A DNA stretch of 43,573 bases. It comes from Bacteriovoracaceae bacterium. GTDB taxonomy: Bacteria > Bdellovibrionota > UBA2394. The stretch lies in assembly GCA_028287765.1 (NCBI GenBank), contig JAQBPA010000229.1:1-43573 (forward strand), given 5' to 3'. This document shows positions 10,087 through 19,891 of this stretch, piece after piece. The number at the start of each line of letters is the position of its first letter. Positions within the stretch are counted from its first letter, which is position 1. Under the pieces are notes generated by a model. It saw nothing but the letters and a program-made list of their open reading frames with translations. It did not search any database and was not told the DNA's origin. Made by a program: the position numbers and the translations under genes.

Positions 10087-11137
10087 ACTGAAATTTTACT
10101 TCTTCCTTTTTTTGATCGTCATTGGCGTTTATACCGTGAACCTTTTAGTAGATGCGGGAGTCTTCACGAAGCTTCATCCCCATTTTAAAGGACAATGTGT
10201 GTCCTATAATGCGATCGCAGGAGCTGAGGATATGGAGTTCTCGAAGAGCCGTCAGACACTCTTTATTTCGAGCGATTTTCGCCCCGAGAGCGAAGGGGAT
10301 TCGACTCCGAACGGTGAGCTTTATATTTGGACGGCTAATGAAATTTCTCGAGGTGACTCGCCGCCCCATAAATCATCCTGGGGAGCGCCATTTTCTTTTC
10401 ATCCTCATGGACTTGGCCTTTTGGATGGTCCGGAGGGACCACGCCTTTGGGTTGTGAATCATCGAACCGCCGAAGAGACGAGCATTGAAGTCTTTGATTT
10501 TATCAAAGGTCAACTCGTCCATGTGACAAGCATTTTTGATCCGACGCTCACCAATGCAAATGATATCGCACCGGTCGACCGCGAAACTTTTTATGTGACC
10601 CTTGATCATCGCGGGAAGTCTAATTTCCAGAAAAAAATCGAAGACTATTTAAGATTAGGTCTCGGGAAGGTCATTTTCTTCGATGGAAAAAAATTTGAAG
10701 CGAAGGCTTCTGGAATACAGTTTGCGAACGGAATTCAACTCACAAAAGACAGGCTTAAACTTTTTGTGGCGTCGATGACGTCCAAATTTATTTTGATTTA
10801 TCGACGTCATCCCATGACGAATGATCTGGAGTTCATCGAGAAGAAAGAGCTCCCAAGTGCTCCCGATAATTTGACATTGGATGATACAGAAGAGAATTTA
10901 TGGATCGGAGCTCATCCTAAATTACTCGCTCTTGCAAAACAAATGCACCACCATCAAATCCATGCGCCAGCGCAAGTGCTTCGAATGAATCTCAAAAATA
11001 ACTCTCTCATTGAAGAAATATTTCTCGATGACGGAAAGCAAATTTCTTCAACGAGTGTTGCCGTGAAGATCGGAAAAAATCTCATTCTTGGAAGTATTTT
11101 TGGCGACAATATTCTTAAATGCCAGCCGGTGGAATAA
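10043..11137 (+). CDS. Paraoxonase/arylesterase (PON)-family six-bladed beta-propeller lactonase with N-terminal membrane anchor
   Basis: GAEDM, FHPHG, VVNH, ANDI, FANGI, PDNL, WIGAHP follow the PON1 Ca2+/catalytic residue order; alternative GTG start at 10079. Confidence 0.85.
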   Translation: MNFFKQVLEHVKVHKLKFYFFLFLIVIGVYTVNLLVDAGVFTKLHPHFKGQCVSYNAIAGAEDMEFSKSRQTLFISSDFRPESEGDSTPNGELYIWTANEISRGDSPPHKSSWGAPFSFHPHGLGLLDGPEGPRLWVVNHRTAEETSIEVFDFIKGQLVHVTSIFDPTLTNANDIAPVDRETFYVTLDHRGKSNFQKKIEDYLRLGLGKVIFFDGKKFEAKASGIQFANGIQLTKDRLKLFVASMTSKFILIYRRHPMTNDLEFIEKKELPSAPDNLTLDDTEENLWIGAHPKLLALAKQMHHHQIHAPAQVLRMNLKNNSLIEEIFLDDGKQISSTSVAVKIGKNLILGSIFGDNILKCQPVE

Positions 11138-14100
11138 TCGATTTTAAGGCGTCTTCCAGAATTTTGGAATAACGATTGGCCCAGACAATTATTTCTTCTG
11201 CTTTAAGTTCATGTGTTTGAAAATCAATTTCGAGATGATAAAAATATTCGAGATCTGTGAGATTGAAACTCAAATCAAATTCAGCAGCCGCAATCGGGTA
11301 TGCGTACATAAAAAGACTGACATCATTAAAGTCGGGAAGTTCAGCAAGAGGCTCCACATTAAAGCTGACGTTAAAAAGTGGAGCATCCAATTTTTCTTTT
11401 AGCTTCTCATAAGGGTGAGACATATTTTGATAGGCCTCAATGAGTTCTGCCTTTACGCGTTTGGTTTGATCCACGAAGGATTCATTTTCTTTTGTCGTAA
11501 ATTGAATCGGAACTAAATTCGCACAATTTCCAATCATTCCTTCTGCGCCGTCTAAATCACGATTGGCTGCAGGAACTCCAATCGTAAGAGTTGAAGATTC
11601 ACTCATTTCTTTTAAGAGCGAGTAGAACGAACTCAAAAGACACATCATCGGTGTCATCTTCCATTCTTTGGCAGCAGCCTTTAACTTTTTATAAATGGCG
11701 TTATCAATCGGAAAGGTGAGTCGCTCAGCCTTGAGAGAAGGAGTTTTCTCATTTTGTGTTTTTGTATTCTTCCACTTTAGAAATTCTGGAGGCTTTTTAA
11801 ATTTTTCTTCCCAATGTTTTTTTGCATTTTCTAGACGACTCACCGGCCCAAAATGATTGGGCGTTTCTAAGAATTTAAAGAATTGCATTTGAGGAACAAA
11901 ATCGAAAGGCTCACTCATATCGATCGCGCGGTAGGCCTTGGCGAGATCTTCGATAAAGCGAGAAATCGCCCAGCCGTCGAGAGCGATATGATGACAAACC
12001 ATCGAGAAGACAGCCGTCTCTTCGGCCACATCATAGAGTCGAAATCGCACAGGCGGTTCTTTCTCGAGAAGAAAAGGCCGCTTACCTTCTTCGAGAAGTC
12101 GAGCGTCAAGCTCCTGCCAGGGAGCTTCGAACGAAGTTAAATCCTCAGAGTCAAAGGGAAGAGATGTCGTTGGATCAAGCCACTGAAGTCCTTTTGTTAA
12201 ATCCACTCGCAGACGAAAGACATCCGAGAGGCTGAGCATTTTAAAAAGTGCTTTTTCGAGAACCGTCTTCTTAAGAGGACCCTTCATTTTTACTGAAAGA
12301 CAAATATGACTCGCCGCTTCGCCGTCAGCGCTTAGAAGGCTCAAGTCTTGAAATCGTTTTTGAGCCGATAGAAATCCTTTCGTATCCGGAGTGTGCTCTT
12401 TCGCCAGATCTTTCGGTTTTAAAAATCCAACATCGATGAGTTCATGCGTGACGTCTTTGACCGTTTGTATAAAAAAGCGAATGTCTTCAGCCGTATGCGC
12501 AGTGGAGAGAAACAGATTTCGACCTTCCCAAATATAAACCCCGCGCAGATTCATATTGTAAAAGAAGAGATCTAAATTGGCAGCCGCCTTAAATCGAAAG
12601 AGCGAGCCAAAATTATTTACTGTAATTTCAAGATTAACGGACTGAAAAAATTCTGTGAGTTCAGTCGCGAGCCCGTGTGTGCGGCGATTGAGATTTTCGA
12701 GAATCTCTTTTCCTTCTGTACTGACTTTTTCAAGAACAGCATTGGCCGAGGCCATTGCGAGGGGATGCTTACTAAAGGTTCCTGCAAAGAACGTCATTTC
12801 AGATTGAGGATAGGTCGTATCTCCGAAGTTCCAGTCACCTCCGTCAATCGAATCCATAAATTTAGAGCTTCCGCCGACGGCCCCGATGGGAAGACCTCCA
12901 CCCAAAATTTTTCCGTAGGACGCAATATCGGCTTTGACTCCGAAATGTTCTTGAGCTCCGCCCGGACAAATACGAAAGCCCGTAATCACTTCGTCAAAAA
13001 TAAGTGCGGTTCCCGATTTTTCCGTAATCGCGCGGACTTCTTTTAAGAAAGCTTGTGGTTGATGCTCGGGGAACCGACTCTGAACTGGTTCTACCAGTAC
13101 AGCTGCGAGAAGATGCGCATTTTGACGAATAATTTCGAGAGACTCTGGAGCTCCGTAGTCTAAAACCAAAACGTCTCGAACAAGACCCTGCGTTACGCCA
13201 GAAGCAACAGGCGTGGTCACTCCGTCAGCAGAGGTTCTCGCGAGTACACCGTCGAAGTGTCCGTGATAGGAACCATCAAAGAGAACAATCTTTTCTCTCT
13301 TCGTCGCTGCTCGCGCAAGGCGAATTGCCGTCATCACGGCCTCAGTACCCGAATTGCAAAATGCAATTCGATCCATGCCCACGAGTTTGGCCATCTTTTC
13401 GGCAACCTGTCCTGCAAGGTAGGACTGCGGTCCGAGACACATTCCGAGTTCGGATTGCTTCATGATCGCCGTATGAATGAAATCGGGATTATGACCGAAG
13501 AGATTTACTCCAAATCCCATCGTAAAATCGACGTAGGAATTTCCGTCGAAATCTTCGAAGCGGCTTCCTTTCGCTTTGTAACAAATGATCGGATAGACGA
13601 CTTCTTTTAAATTGGGACGAAATCCCGCACTCGTTCGATTGTCAGCGAGGAGCTTTCTAAACTTTTGCGTATGCTCTTTTGTTTTAGGCGTACGCGCGTT
13701 GAATTTTTTGATGAGGTCCTCGAGGTAGCGAGCTTTTTGTTCACTCTCTAATTCGCTTCGCTCACGGTCCGCAAAGTTTTTAAAATTCCCGAGAACGCCG
13801 CGTTTTTCGGTCGGCGCGTGTATTCGGATATCGAGTATTCCACCACTGTCGAGAGCAGCTGCTTGGAATTTTTGCGCAGATTCTCGACTGATATGATCGG
13901 CAATTTTTCGAAGGGTCGAGAGATCCTGAAAAATATCGGAGATCGAAATGCTCACATGATATTTATCTTTGATCGCTTGAATGGCATTCAAAAGAAGGAG
14001 GGAGTCTGCACCTAATTCGATGAGCGCTTCATCCACATTTAAATTTTCACTACTAATCTGAAGAAGTTTTCCAACAATTGAAACCAGCTCCGTGAGAATT

Positions 14101-17054
14101 TCTTCGTGAGAATATACTTGATGGAGCTCGCTCGGCGGCAGTTTAGCCGTGATGCTTCGAACGGGATTACTCCAATATTTTGTTTTTTGAAAGACGGTAA
14201 ACGGTAAAGCATCGGACTGCGTTTTATTTTTAGAAGGAGAGGGTTTCCAAAAACCCCAAACCCCAAGTTCAGAAAGTCCCTGATAAAAACTTTCAACCGC
14301 ATCTTGATTACGGGAGAGCAATTTAAATGAACGCGTTTTCTCAAGATTTTCTTTTGAAATGCAGGCCTGCGCCATCGTGATAAGAGTCGGATGCGCTCCG
14401 ATTTCTAAAAAGCCGTTACAGCCAAGAGCTTCCAAGGTTTGCATGCCTTTCAAAAATTGTGTGGGTTCGCGGAGATGCTTCGCCCAGTAGGCAGTCGAAT
14501 AAACATCGGAAGTTGCAATCACGTCTCCCGTAAGACTTGAAACAAGGGGAATCGAAGTATTTGCATACTGAATTTTTTGAATCGCCTTTTCAAAAGGCTG
14601 GAGTACGGAATCCATTTGTCTCGAATGAAAGGCTCGATCCGTTCGGAGTTCTGAGACGCGGATATTTTTATTTTTGAGATCATCTTTTAATTTCTGAATT
14701 TCAGAGACATTTCCGGAAAGAATAAAAAGTTCCGGGCCATTGACGGCGGCGATTTCAAGTGAGAGTTTTTCTTTGTTGAGAGTCGCCTCAATCACGTCTC
14801 GCTTTTCGAAAACAGCGAGCATGGCACCCGCAGAAGTTTCCTGCATGAGTTTTCCGCGCATCGTGACCATGAGGACCGCTTCTTCAAGCTTGATTGCCCC
14901 GCTCACGGTAGCGGCAATACATTCTCCAAGAGAGTGACCGAAGACAGCCGCTGGTACGATTCCAAAATCTTCTTTTAAGAGCTGCGCGAGCGAATAACCG
15001 ACAGAAAAAATGGCAGCCTGTCCGTAATCTGTTTGCGAAAGTGCCTTCGCCTCACTCTCTCCACTTTGACTTACGATCGTATAAAGATCGTTCGGATAAT
15101 ATCGATCAAAAAGTTCGCAGCAATCTTCAAAAGCTTTTCGAAAGGATGGAAACTGCGAATATAGTCCCATCGCCATTCCTGAATATTGCGATCCTTGGCC
15201 TGTAAATAAAAAAGCGAGTTTACGCTGCGGCTTTGTTATCGCTCGACCGTGAGCCCATCCATTTGATGGCTCCCTTAATAAAAAGGATCCGATTCGCTCT
15301 GAAAGTTCTATTCGAGTTTTTCCGTGAACCATCATTCTCTCTGGCAGATCGAGTCGTTGTTCGATGGAAGCGGCCGCCAATTTTAAAAGTTCCGAATCTT
15401 TGATTTCAAGAAGAGATTTTTTTAGAGTCTCAGCACTTTTCCTTAAGCTCTCTTCGTCAGTTGCGGAAAAGGCGAGTAGATTGGAAGGCGTTTTGAGAGT
15501 TTTATCTTGAGCCGTCGAATTTTGATATTCCTCTAAAATTAAATGCGCATTCGAGCCGCCAAAGCCAAAGGAGCTAATGCCAGCCATGCGACTTTTTCCG
15601 TCCCTTTTATTCCAAGCGCTGCCTTCACTTTCAACTTTTAAATTTGTACAGCCCTCTCCAATTTTGGAATTGAGAGATTTGAAATGAAGAGTTTTAGGAA
15701 TCCATTCATGCTTTGCTGCGAGAACGGCCTTGATCACTCCAGCGACTCCCGCTGCCGCTTCGAGATGACCAATATTTGATTTCACGGATCCTACTGCACA
15801 GGGAAGATTTTTTGGCCGATCGCCAAGAACTCGGCTGAGAGATAAATATTCGATTGGATCGCCAAGCGCCGTTCCTGTGCCATGAGCTTCGATATAGGTA
15901 ATTTCTTCTGCAGCCACCTTCGCATCCGCCAAGGCGTGCCGAATCACTCTCTCTTGTGCGACTCCGTTAGGAGCAGTAAGTCCGCTGCTCCTACCGTCTT
16001 GGTTGATCGCAGAACCGCGAATCACAGCGTGAATTCGGTCGCCGTCACGAACAGCATTCGAAAGTTTTTTCAGTACCAAAACTCCTGCGCCCTCGCTTCT
16101 GACGTAACCATTCGCACCTTCTGAAAAACTTTTGCAGCGACCTTCGGGAGATAAAAATCCTCCCTGCGAAAAGGCAGCCGAGATCACGGGGTCGAGAAGA
16201 ATATTTACTCCACCCGCAAGCGCGAGTTCTGAATCTCCATTTTTAAGACTTCGGCAAGCGAGATGAATGGCGGTAAGTGCGGATGAGCAAGCGGTGTCGA
16301 CACTCACACTCGGGCCGGTAAAATTAAAAAAGTATGAAAGTCGATTGGGAGAAATACTGTGGGCGTTTCCGGTGACGTCGTAAACATTAACGGCATCGGA
16401 ATTTTTAACGCCGAGAATCAGATAGTCACTATTACTAATCCCGACAAAAACTCCCGTTCGGCTTTGATCGAGTTGACTGGGAGAATACCCCGCATCTTCA
16501 ATCGCTTCCCAACTGCACTGAAGAAGAAGCCTCTGCTGCGGATCCATTTTTTCTGCTTCGATTTTTGAAAGTCGAAAAGCTTCGGCATCAAATTCTTCAA
16601 TGCCCTGAAGAAATCCACCCCATTTTGGAGATAGATCGGAGTTCCAGCGGTCTGCGGGAATTTCACTAATCGCATCCACGCCGTTTTTAAGAAGATTCCA
16701 AAATTCATCGACTGAGCGCGCTCCTGGAAATCGGCAGCTCATCCCAATGATGGCGATAGGTTCCGAACTTACTTCTGCCCTCGCAAATGTTTCGGCCGCC
16801 TCGTTTGGATTCGCGATATGCTCGGCGAGCTGACGAATCGTCGGGTAGTCAAAAATAATCGTCGGCGCCAGTTTGAGAGTAAGCTTTGAATTCAGATTGG
16901 AAACAATATGAACCGCTTGAAGAGATTCAATTCCCATCTCTGCAAAAGGCTGATCAATATCCATCTCTGTCGTCGGACGACCAGTGACCACCGAAATCTG
17001 AGTGATGATTTCAGAAATAAAGGTGGGAACCGAATCCGACAGAGTTCTGCTCAC
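11115..17054 (-). CDS. Hybrid PKS/NRPS-like megasynthase: ACP-KS-AT-ACP-class III aminotransferase-condensation
   Basis: ACP GIESL; KS DTACSS/HGTGT/GHLE; AT GQGSQ/GHSLG/RAFHS; ACP GADSL; AMT DFTMGFG/NSGTEA/FDEVITGFR/GKILGGG; C HHIALDG. Likely start GTG 17054, just after the upstream stop (ORF track start 17114). Confidence 0.95.
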   Translation of the reverse strand: MSRTLSDSVPTFISEIITQISVVTGRPTTEMDIDQPFAEMGIESLQAVHIVSNLNSKLTLKLAPTIIFDYPTIRQLAEHIANPNEAAETFARAEVSSEPIAIIGMSCRFPGARSVDEFWNLLKNGVDAISEIPADRWNSDLSPKWGGFLQGIEEFDAEAFRLSKIEAEKMDPQQRLLLQCSWEAIEDAGYSPSQLDQSRTGVFVGISNSDYLILGVKNSDAVNVYDVTGNAHSISPNRLSYFFNFTGPSVSVDTACSSALTAIHLACRSLKNGDSELALAGGVNILLDPVISAAFSQGGFLSPEGRCKSFSEGANGYVRSEGAGVLVLKKLSNAVRDGDRIHAVIRGSAINQDGRSSGLTAPNGVAQERVIRHALADAKVAAEEITYIEAHGTGTALGDPIEYLSLSRVLGDRPKNLPCAVGSVKSNIGHLEAAAGVAGVIKAVLAAKHEWIPKTLHFKSLNSKIGEGCTNLKVESEGSAWNKRDGKSRMAGISSFGFGGSNAHLILEEYQNSTAQDKTLKTPSNLLAFSATDEESLRKSAETLKKSLLEIKDSELLKLAAASIEQRLDLPERMMVHGKTRIELSERIGSFLLREPSNGWAHGRAITKPQRKLAFLFTGQGSQYSGMAMGLYSQFPSFRKAFEDCCELFDRYYPNDLYTIVSQSGESEAKALSQTDYGQAAIFSVGYSLAQLLKEDFGIVPAAVFGHSLGECIAATVSGAIKLEEAVLMVTMRGKLMQETSAGAMLAVFEKRDVIEATLNKEKLSLEIAAVNGPELFILSGNVSEIQKLKDDLKNKNIRVSELRTDRAFHSRQMDSVLQPFEKAIQKIQYANTSIPLVSSLTGDVIATSDVYSTAYWAKHLREPTQFLKGMQTLEALGCNGFLEIGAHPTLITMAQACISKENLEKTRSFKLLSRNQDAVESFYQGLSELGVWGFWKPSPSKNKTQSDALPFTVFQKTKYWSNPVRSITAKLPPSELHQVYSHEEILTELVSIVGKLLQISSENLNVDEALIELGADSLLLLNAIQAIKDKYHVSISISDIFQDLSTLRKIADHISRESAQKFQAAALDSGGILDIRIHAPTEKRGVLGNFKNFADRERSELESEQKARYLEDLIKKFNARTPKTKEHTQKFRKLLADNRTSAGFRPNLKEVVYPIICYKAKGSRFEDFDGNSYVDFTMGFGVNLFGHNPDFIHTAIMKQSELGMCLGPQSYLAGQVAEKMAKLVGMDRIAFCNSGTEAVMTAIRLARAATKREKIVLFDGSYHGHFDGVLARTSADGVTTPVASGVTQGLVRDVLVLDYGAPESLEIIRQNAHLLAAVLVEPVQSRFPEHQPQAFLKEVRAITEKSGTALIFDEVITGFRICPGGAQEHFGVKADIASYGKILGGGLPIGAVGGSSKFMDSIDGGDWNFGDTTYPQSEMTFFAGTFSKHPLAMASANAVLEKVSTEGKEILENLNRRTHGLATELTEFFQSVNLEITVNNFGSLFRFKAAANLDLFFYNMNLRGVYIWEGRNLFLSTAHTAEDIRFFIQTVKDVTHELIDVGFLKPKDLAKEHTPDTKGFLSAQKRFQDLSLLSADGEAASHICLSVKMKGPLKKTVLEKALFKMLSLSDVFRLRVDLTKGLQWLDPTTSLPFDSEDLTSFEAPWQELDARLLEEGKRPFLLEKEPPVRFRLYDVAEETAVFSMVCHHIALDGWAISRFIEDLAKAYRAIDMSEPFDFVPQMQFFKFLETPNHFGPVSRLENAKKHWEEKFKKPPEFLKWKNTKTQNEKTPSLKAERLTFPIDNAIYKKLKAAAKEWKMTPMMCLLSSFYSLLKEMSESSTLTIGVPAANRDLDGAEGMIGNCANLVPIQFTTKENESFVDQTKRVKAELIEAYQNMSHPYEKLKEKLDAPLFNVSFNVEPLAELPDFNDVSLFMYAYPIAAAEFDLSFNLTDLEYFYHLEIDFQTHELKAEEIIVWANRYSKILEDALKSIIPPAGI

Positions 17055-17061
17055 GATGGCC

Positions 17062-17913
17062 TTACTTCTTCTTAAGGGTTCGTGCGAGATGCATCGTGTT
17101 GTCGGCAAAATCATTCCAGAGATCGAGCCAAATCGTGACTCGCTTCTTCACTTCATCATATCTCTCCGGAACAATCGCTTGCCTAAAAATATACCAAGAA
17201 TCTTCGGAGTGATCGTCGTCAATCGACTCACCGTGCTCATCGTCTACGTGAATCGCGTGATAACCTTCAGAGGTATCGATATCGGTCGAAAGCGAAACAC
17301 TTTTTGCCCACGGCCCCGCGTAGAGAGTAAACACAGTTTCTGCACAGGCGAGTACGGCCGTCAAAAGAACGTAGTCATTATAATGATCCGTGAATGTTTT
17401 TCGTGCAGCTTTGGATGCAGGCGATGGTTTGTAATTTAAAATTTCTGAAGCGCTGGATCCTAAACTCTCAAGCGTTTTTACAAACTGAATATAGTGAGCA
17501 AGAAAAGGTGTCCCCCAGTAGTCGCCCGTCACTTCATCGTTTGGAAAAAAACCAAGCTCATCAAGAAGATTGAGTTGCAAAAGAAATCGTGACGTCACTT
17601 TTCCGGCTGGCCCGAGTCGTGGCTCAAGATCTGCCGACTGCGCCATCGCATGAATGAGGGAGTCGGTAAAAATTTGTGCAAAGCCGTGAGCAAATTCTAA
17701 GTGAATAGCTTTGGTGACTTCGGGGTTTAGTTTTTCGGTATTGAGAACTCCTTTAACCGGATGGCGAGACATTCGATGGGTCGCGATCAAAGCTTTGAGT
17801 TCATCGACATAGGCGACGTTTTTGGCCCAGAGATCGGGAGGAACAGATTGTTCAATTGCGGCACGACAGACTGCTCGAGGTTTGGATTTATCGAAACCAG
17901 TGGTTTTAGCCAT
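17062..17913 (-). CDS. Heme-oxygenase-like diiron oxidase (HDO; iron-containing redox enzyme, CADD/UndA/BesC superfamily)
   Basis: Helical protein with ligand order E (NLLDELG), H (AHY), E (ACAE), H (YHAIHV), D-x2-H (DDDH); AAGGAG RBS. Confidence 0.75.
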   Translation of the reverse strand: MAKTTGFDKSKPRAVCRAAIEQSVPPDLWAKNVAYVDELKALIATHRMSRHPVKGVLNTEKLNPEVTKAIHLEFAHGFAQIFTDSLIHAMAQSADLEPRLGPAGKVTSRFLLQLNLLDELGFFPNDEVTGDYWGTPFLAHYIQFVKTLESLGSSASEILNYKPSPASKAARKTFTDHYNDYVLLTAVLACAETVFTLYAGPWAKSVSLSTDIDTSEGYHAIHVDDEHGESIDDDHSEDSWYIFRQAIVPERYDEVKKRVTIWLDLWNDFADNTMHLARTLKKK

Positions 17914-17979
17914 AAAATCTCTCCTTATATATAGACGGTGAAGCCCTTGTTCAGAACGGTCTTAGCGGCAAAGGAAATC

Positions 17980-18735
17980 TTAGACAAAGAAATTCTGCGT
18001 GAGAGACAAAAAAACAGATTTGGCATGTTCGAAGTGATAAAAATGGCCGCCGGGAAAAATTTGGACATCGTGAAGAATCGTGCCAAAGTCGGCCCATTGT
18101 TTGAGTTCTTCGGGTTTCACAGAAGAATCATCTGCTCCGCCAAACACAAGAAGCGGAACAGAGAGAGGTTTTATATCCTCCGTTTCATAAGCTTCCATGA
18201 GAGCGATATCGGCTCTCAAAATTTTTAAAAAATAAGTCCGTGCCGCAGAATCTCTTAAAATTTCTGGCGCAACGGGTGCAAATTGGCTGAGCTTTTCGAT
18301 GAGTTCAGTCTCTGGAAGATGTGCAATTTTTTCTCGCTCTCGAAGATTTTTTTGCGAAGGTGGACGAAAGGAAGAAAGCGCGAGGCCGCGAATTTTTTCT
18401 CGAAAAGGCGAGTGCAGCGCTCGATAGAGTTCAAAAGCGATGAGCGACCCCATGCTATGACCAAAAAAAACGGAGGGAGTATCTCCCTCGGATTCGAAGG
18501 CTGCTTTTAAATCTTCAATAAGACTTTTGAAATTCATCAAAAGTTTTTCACGATGACGAGCGCCGTGCCCCGGAAGTTCAACCACAATAAGTTCCACATT
18601 TTCGGGAGCTAAGTCTCGCCACTTTGAATAAGACAGGGAACTTCCACCGGCGTGCGGAAAAACAAACAATCTCATCTGAGCATGGGGGCGCGGTTTAAGT
18701 CGGTAGAACCAAGGAGACTTCATGGACGATAGCAT
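17980..18735 (-). CDS. Type II (editing) thioesterase, GrsT/RifR family
   Basis: FPHAGG, LPGHG, FGHSMG, FPGGHFY; start may be ATG 18723. Confidence 0.93.
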   Translation of the reverse strand: MLSSMKSPWFYRLKPRPHAQMRLFVFPHAGGSSLSYSKWRDLAPENVELIVVELPGHGARHREKLLMNFKSLIEDLKAAFESEGDTPSVFFGHSMGSLIAFELYRALHSPFREKIRGLALSSFRPPSQKNLREREKIAHLPETELIEKLSQFAPVAPEILRDSAARTYFLKILRADIALMEAYETEDIKPLSVPLLVFGGADDSSVKPEELKQWADFGTILHDVQIFPGGHFYHFEHAKSVFLSLTQNFFV

Positions 18736-18803
18736 GCCGGAAGGAGAATTATCTCGATAGAAGATAGTTCCGATGATAGTTCTATTTCTTTAAGGGAGTA
18801 TTT

Positions 18804-19226
18804 ATGACGCATTATGGCGAGCTCAATATCACAACCGGCTGGATCTTTATTTCTCTCGGAATCACGACTGGCTCGATCATCGGGCTTTGGTCGTTTGATG
18901 GACCGTTTCCGACTCCTAAGGGACATACAAATTATACAGATCTTCCCCGCCGCTTAAACCGTCTCGCCCATATCGCTTGTTTTATGTTGCCGCTCATTTC
19001 TATCGTTTACGGCCAATACCTTGATCAGGCGCTGCTGACAGACGCTCAAAAATTGATCGGCGCTTACAGTATGGTCACTTGTATGATTGGTGTTCCGCTC
19101 TTTCTTTTTCTTGCTTCGTTTTATTTGCCTTTCAAATATTTGGAAGTGATCCCGGTAACTGCTGGTTGCGTCGCGCTCTATTTGATGTCGTGGGCACATT
19201 TAAAGATTTTATGTTCATTCAACTGA
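18804..19226 (+). CDS. Small integral membrane protein (about 4 TM) with RRLNRLAH motif
   Basis: AAGGGAG RBS; four hydrophobic segments; overlaps the ABC ATPase start. Confidence 0.75.
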   Translation: MTHYGELNITTGWIFISLGITTGSIIGLWSFDGPFPTPKGHTNYTDLPRRLNRLAHIACFMLPLISIVYGQYLDQALLTDAQKLIGAYSMVTCMIGVPLFLFLASFYLPFKYLEVIPVTAGCVALYLMSWAHLKILCSFN

Positions 19227-19891
19227 AAGAAGTTCGAAAGATTTACGCTCTCGGCGATACCAAAGTGAATGCGCTGAACGGAATTGATCTCACACTCGGT
19301 CGTGGAGAATTTACAGCGCTCGTTGGAACGTCAGGTTCTGGAAAGACCACCCTTCTCAATATGATCGGTTGTATCGATCGACCCACTTCAGGCGATGTCA
19401 TCATTGATGAGGTAAACGTCGTTAAATTAAATGAGGTTGAGCTCAGTGATTTTAGAAATAAAAAACTTGGATTTATTTTTCAGACTTTTAATCTTCTTCC
19501 GGTTTTAAATATTTTCGAAAATATAGAACTTCCACTTCTCATTCAGCGAAATCTTTCGGCTTCAGAGCGAAAAGATCTCGTGATGCAGGCGATTGAGGAT
19601 GTCGAGCTTACAAAATATATTCATCATATCCCGGACCGCCTAAGTGGTGGGCAGCGGCAGAGAGTCGCCATTGCGCGCGCACTTGTCACGAACCCAAGTC
19701 TTATTCTCGCTGACGAGCCCACGGCCAATTTGGATTCCGAGACTGCACATAAAATTTTAGATTTGATGCAATCTCTCAATGAAAAGAGAAAAGTCACTTT
19801 TCTCTTTTCGACTCACGATGAAAAGCTGATGAGCCGAGTGAAGCGAATGATAAGAATTGTAGACGGACATTTCGCTTCGGATCACGCGTGA
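19211..19891 (+). CDS. ABC transporter ATP-binding protein, LolD/MacB family
   Basis: [42 protein letters not shown]; start ATG 19211 ([10 protein letters not shown]). Confidence 0.95.
   Translation: MFIQLKEVRKIYALGDTKVNALNGIDLTLGRGEFTALVGTSGSGKTTLLNMIGCIDRPTSGDVIIDEVNVVKLNEVELSDFRNKKLGFIFQTFNLLPVLNIFENIELPLLIQRNLSASERKDLVMQAIEDVELTKYIHHIPDRLSGGQRQRVAIARALVTNPSLILADEPTANLDSETAHKILDLMQSLNEKRKVTFLFSTHDEKLMSRVKRMIRIVDGHFASDHA

Noticed and set aside
11115-11400. A frameshift hiding an A-PCP module after the C domain
   Set aside because: The opposite strand immediately encodes the intact lactonase, and no adenylation motifs appear in minus-strand frames
17055-17114. N-terminal 20 aa of the 1999-aa PKS ORF
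   Set aside because: Overlaps the HDO gene; GTG 17054 with a TAAGG RBS fits better
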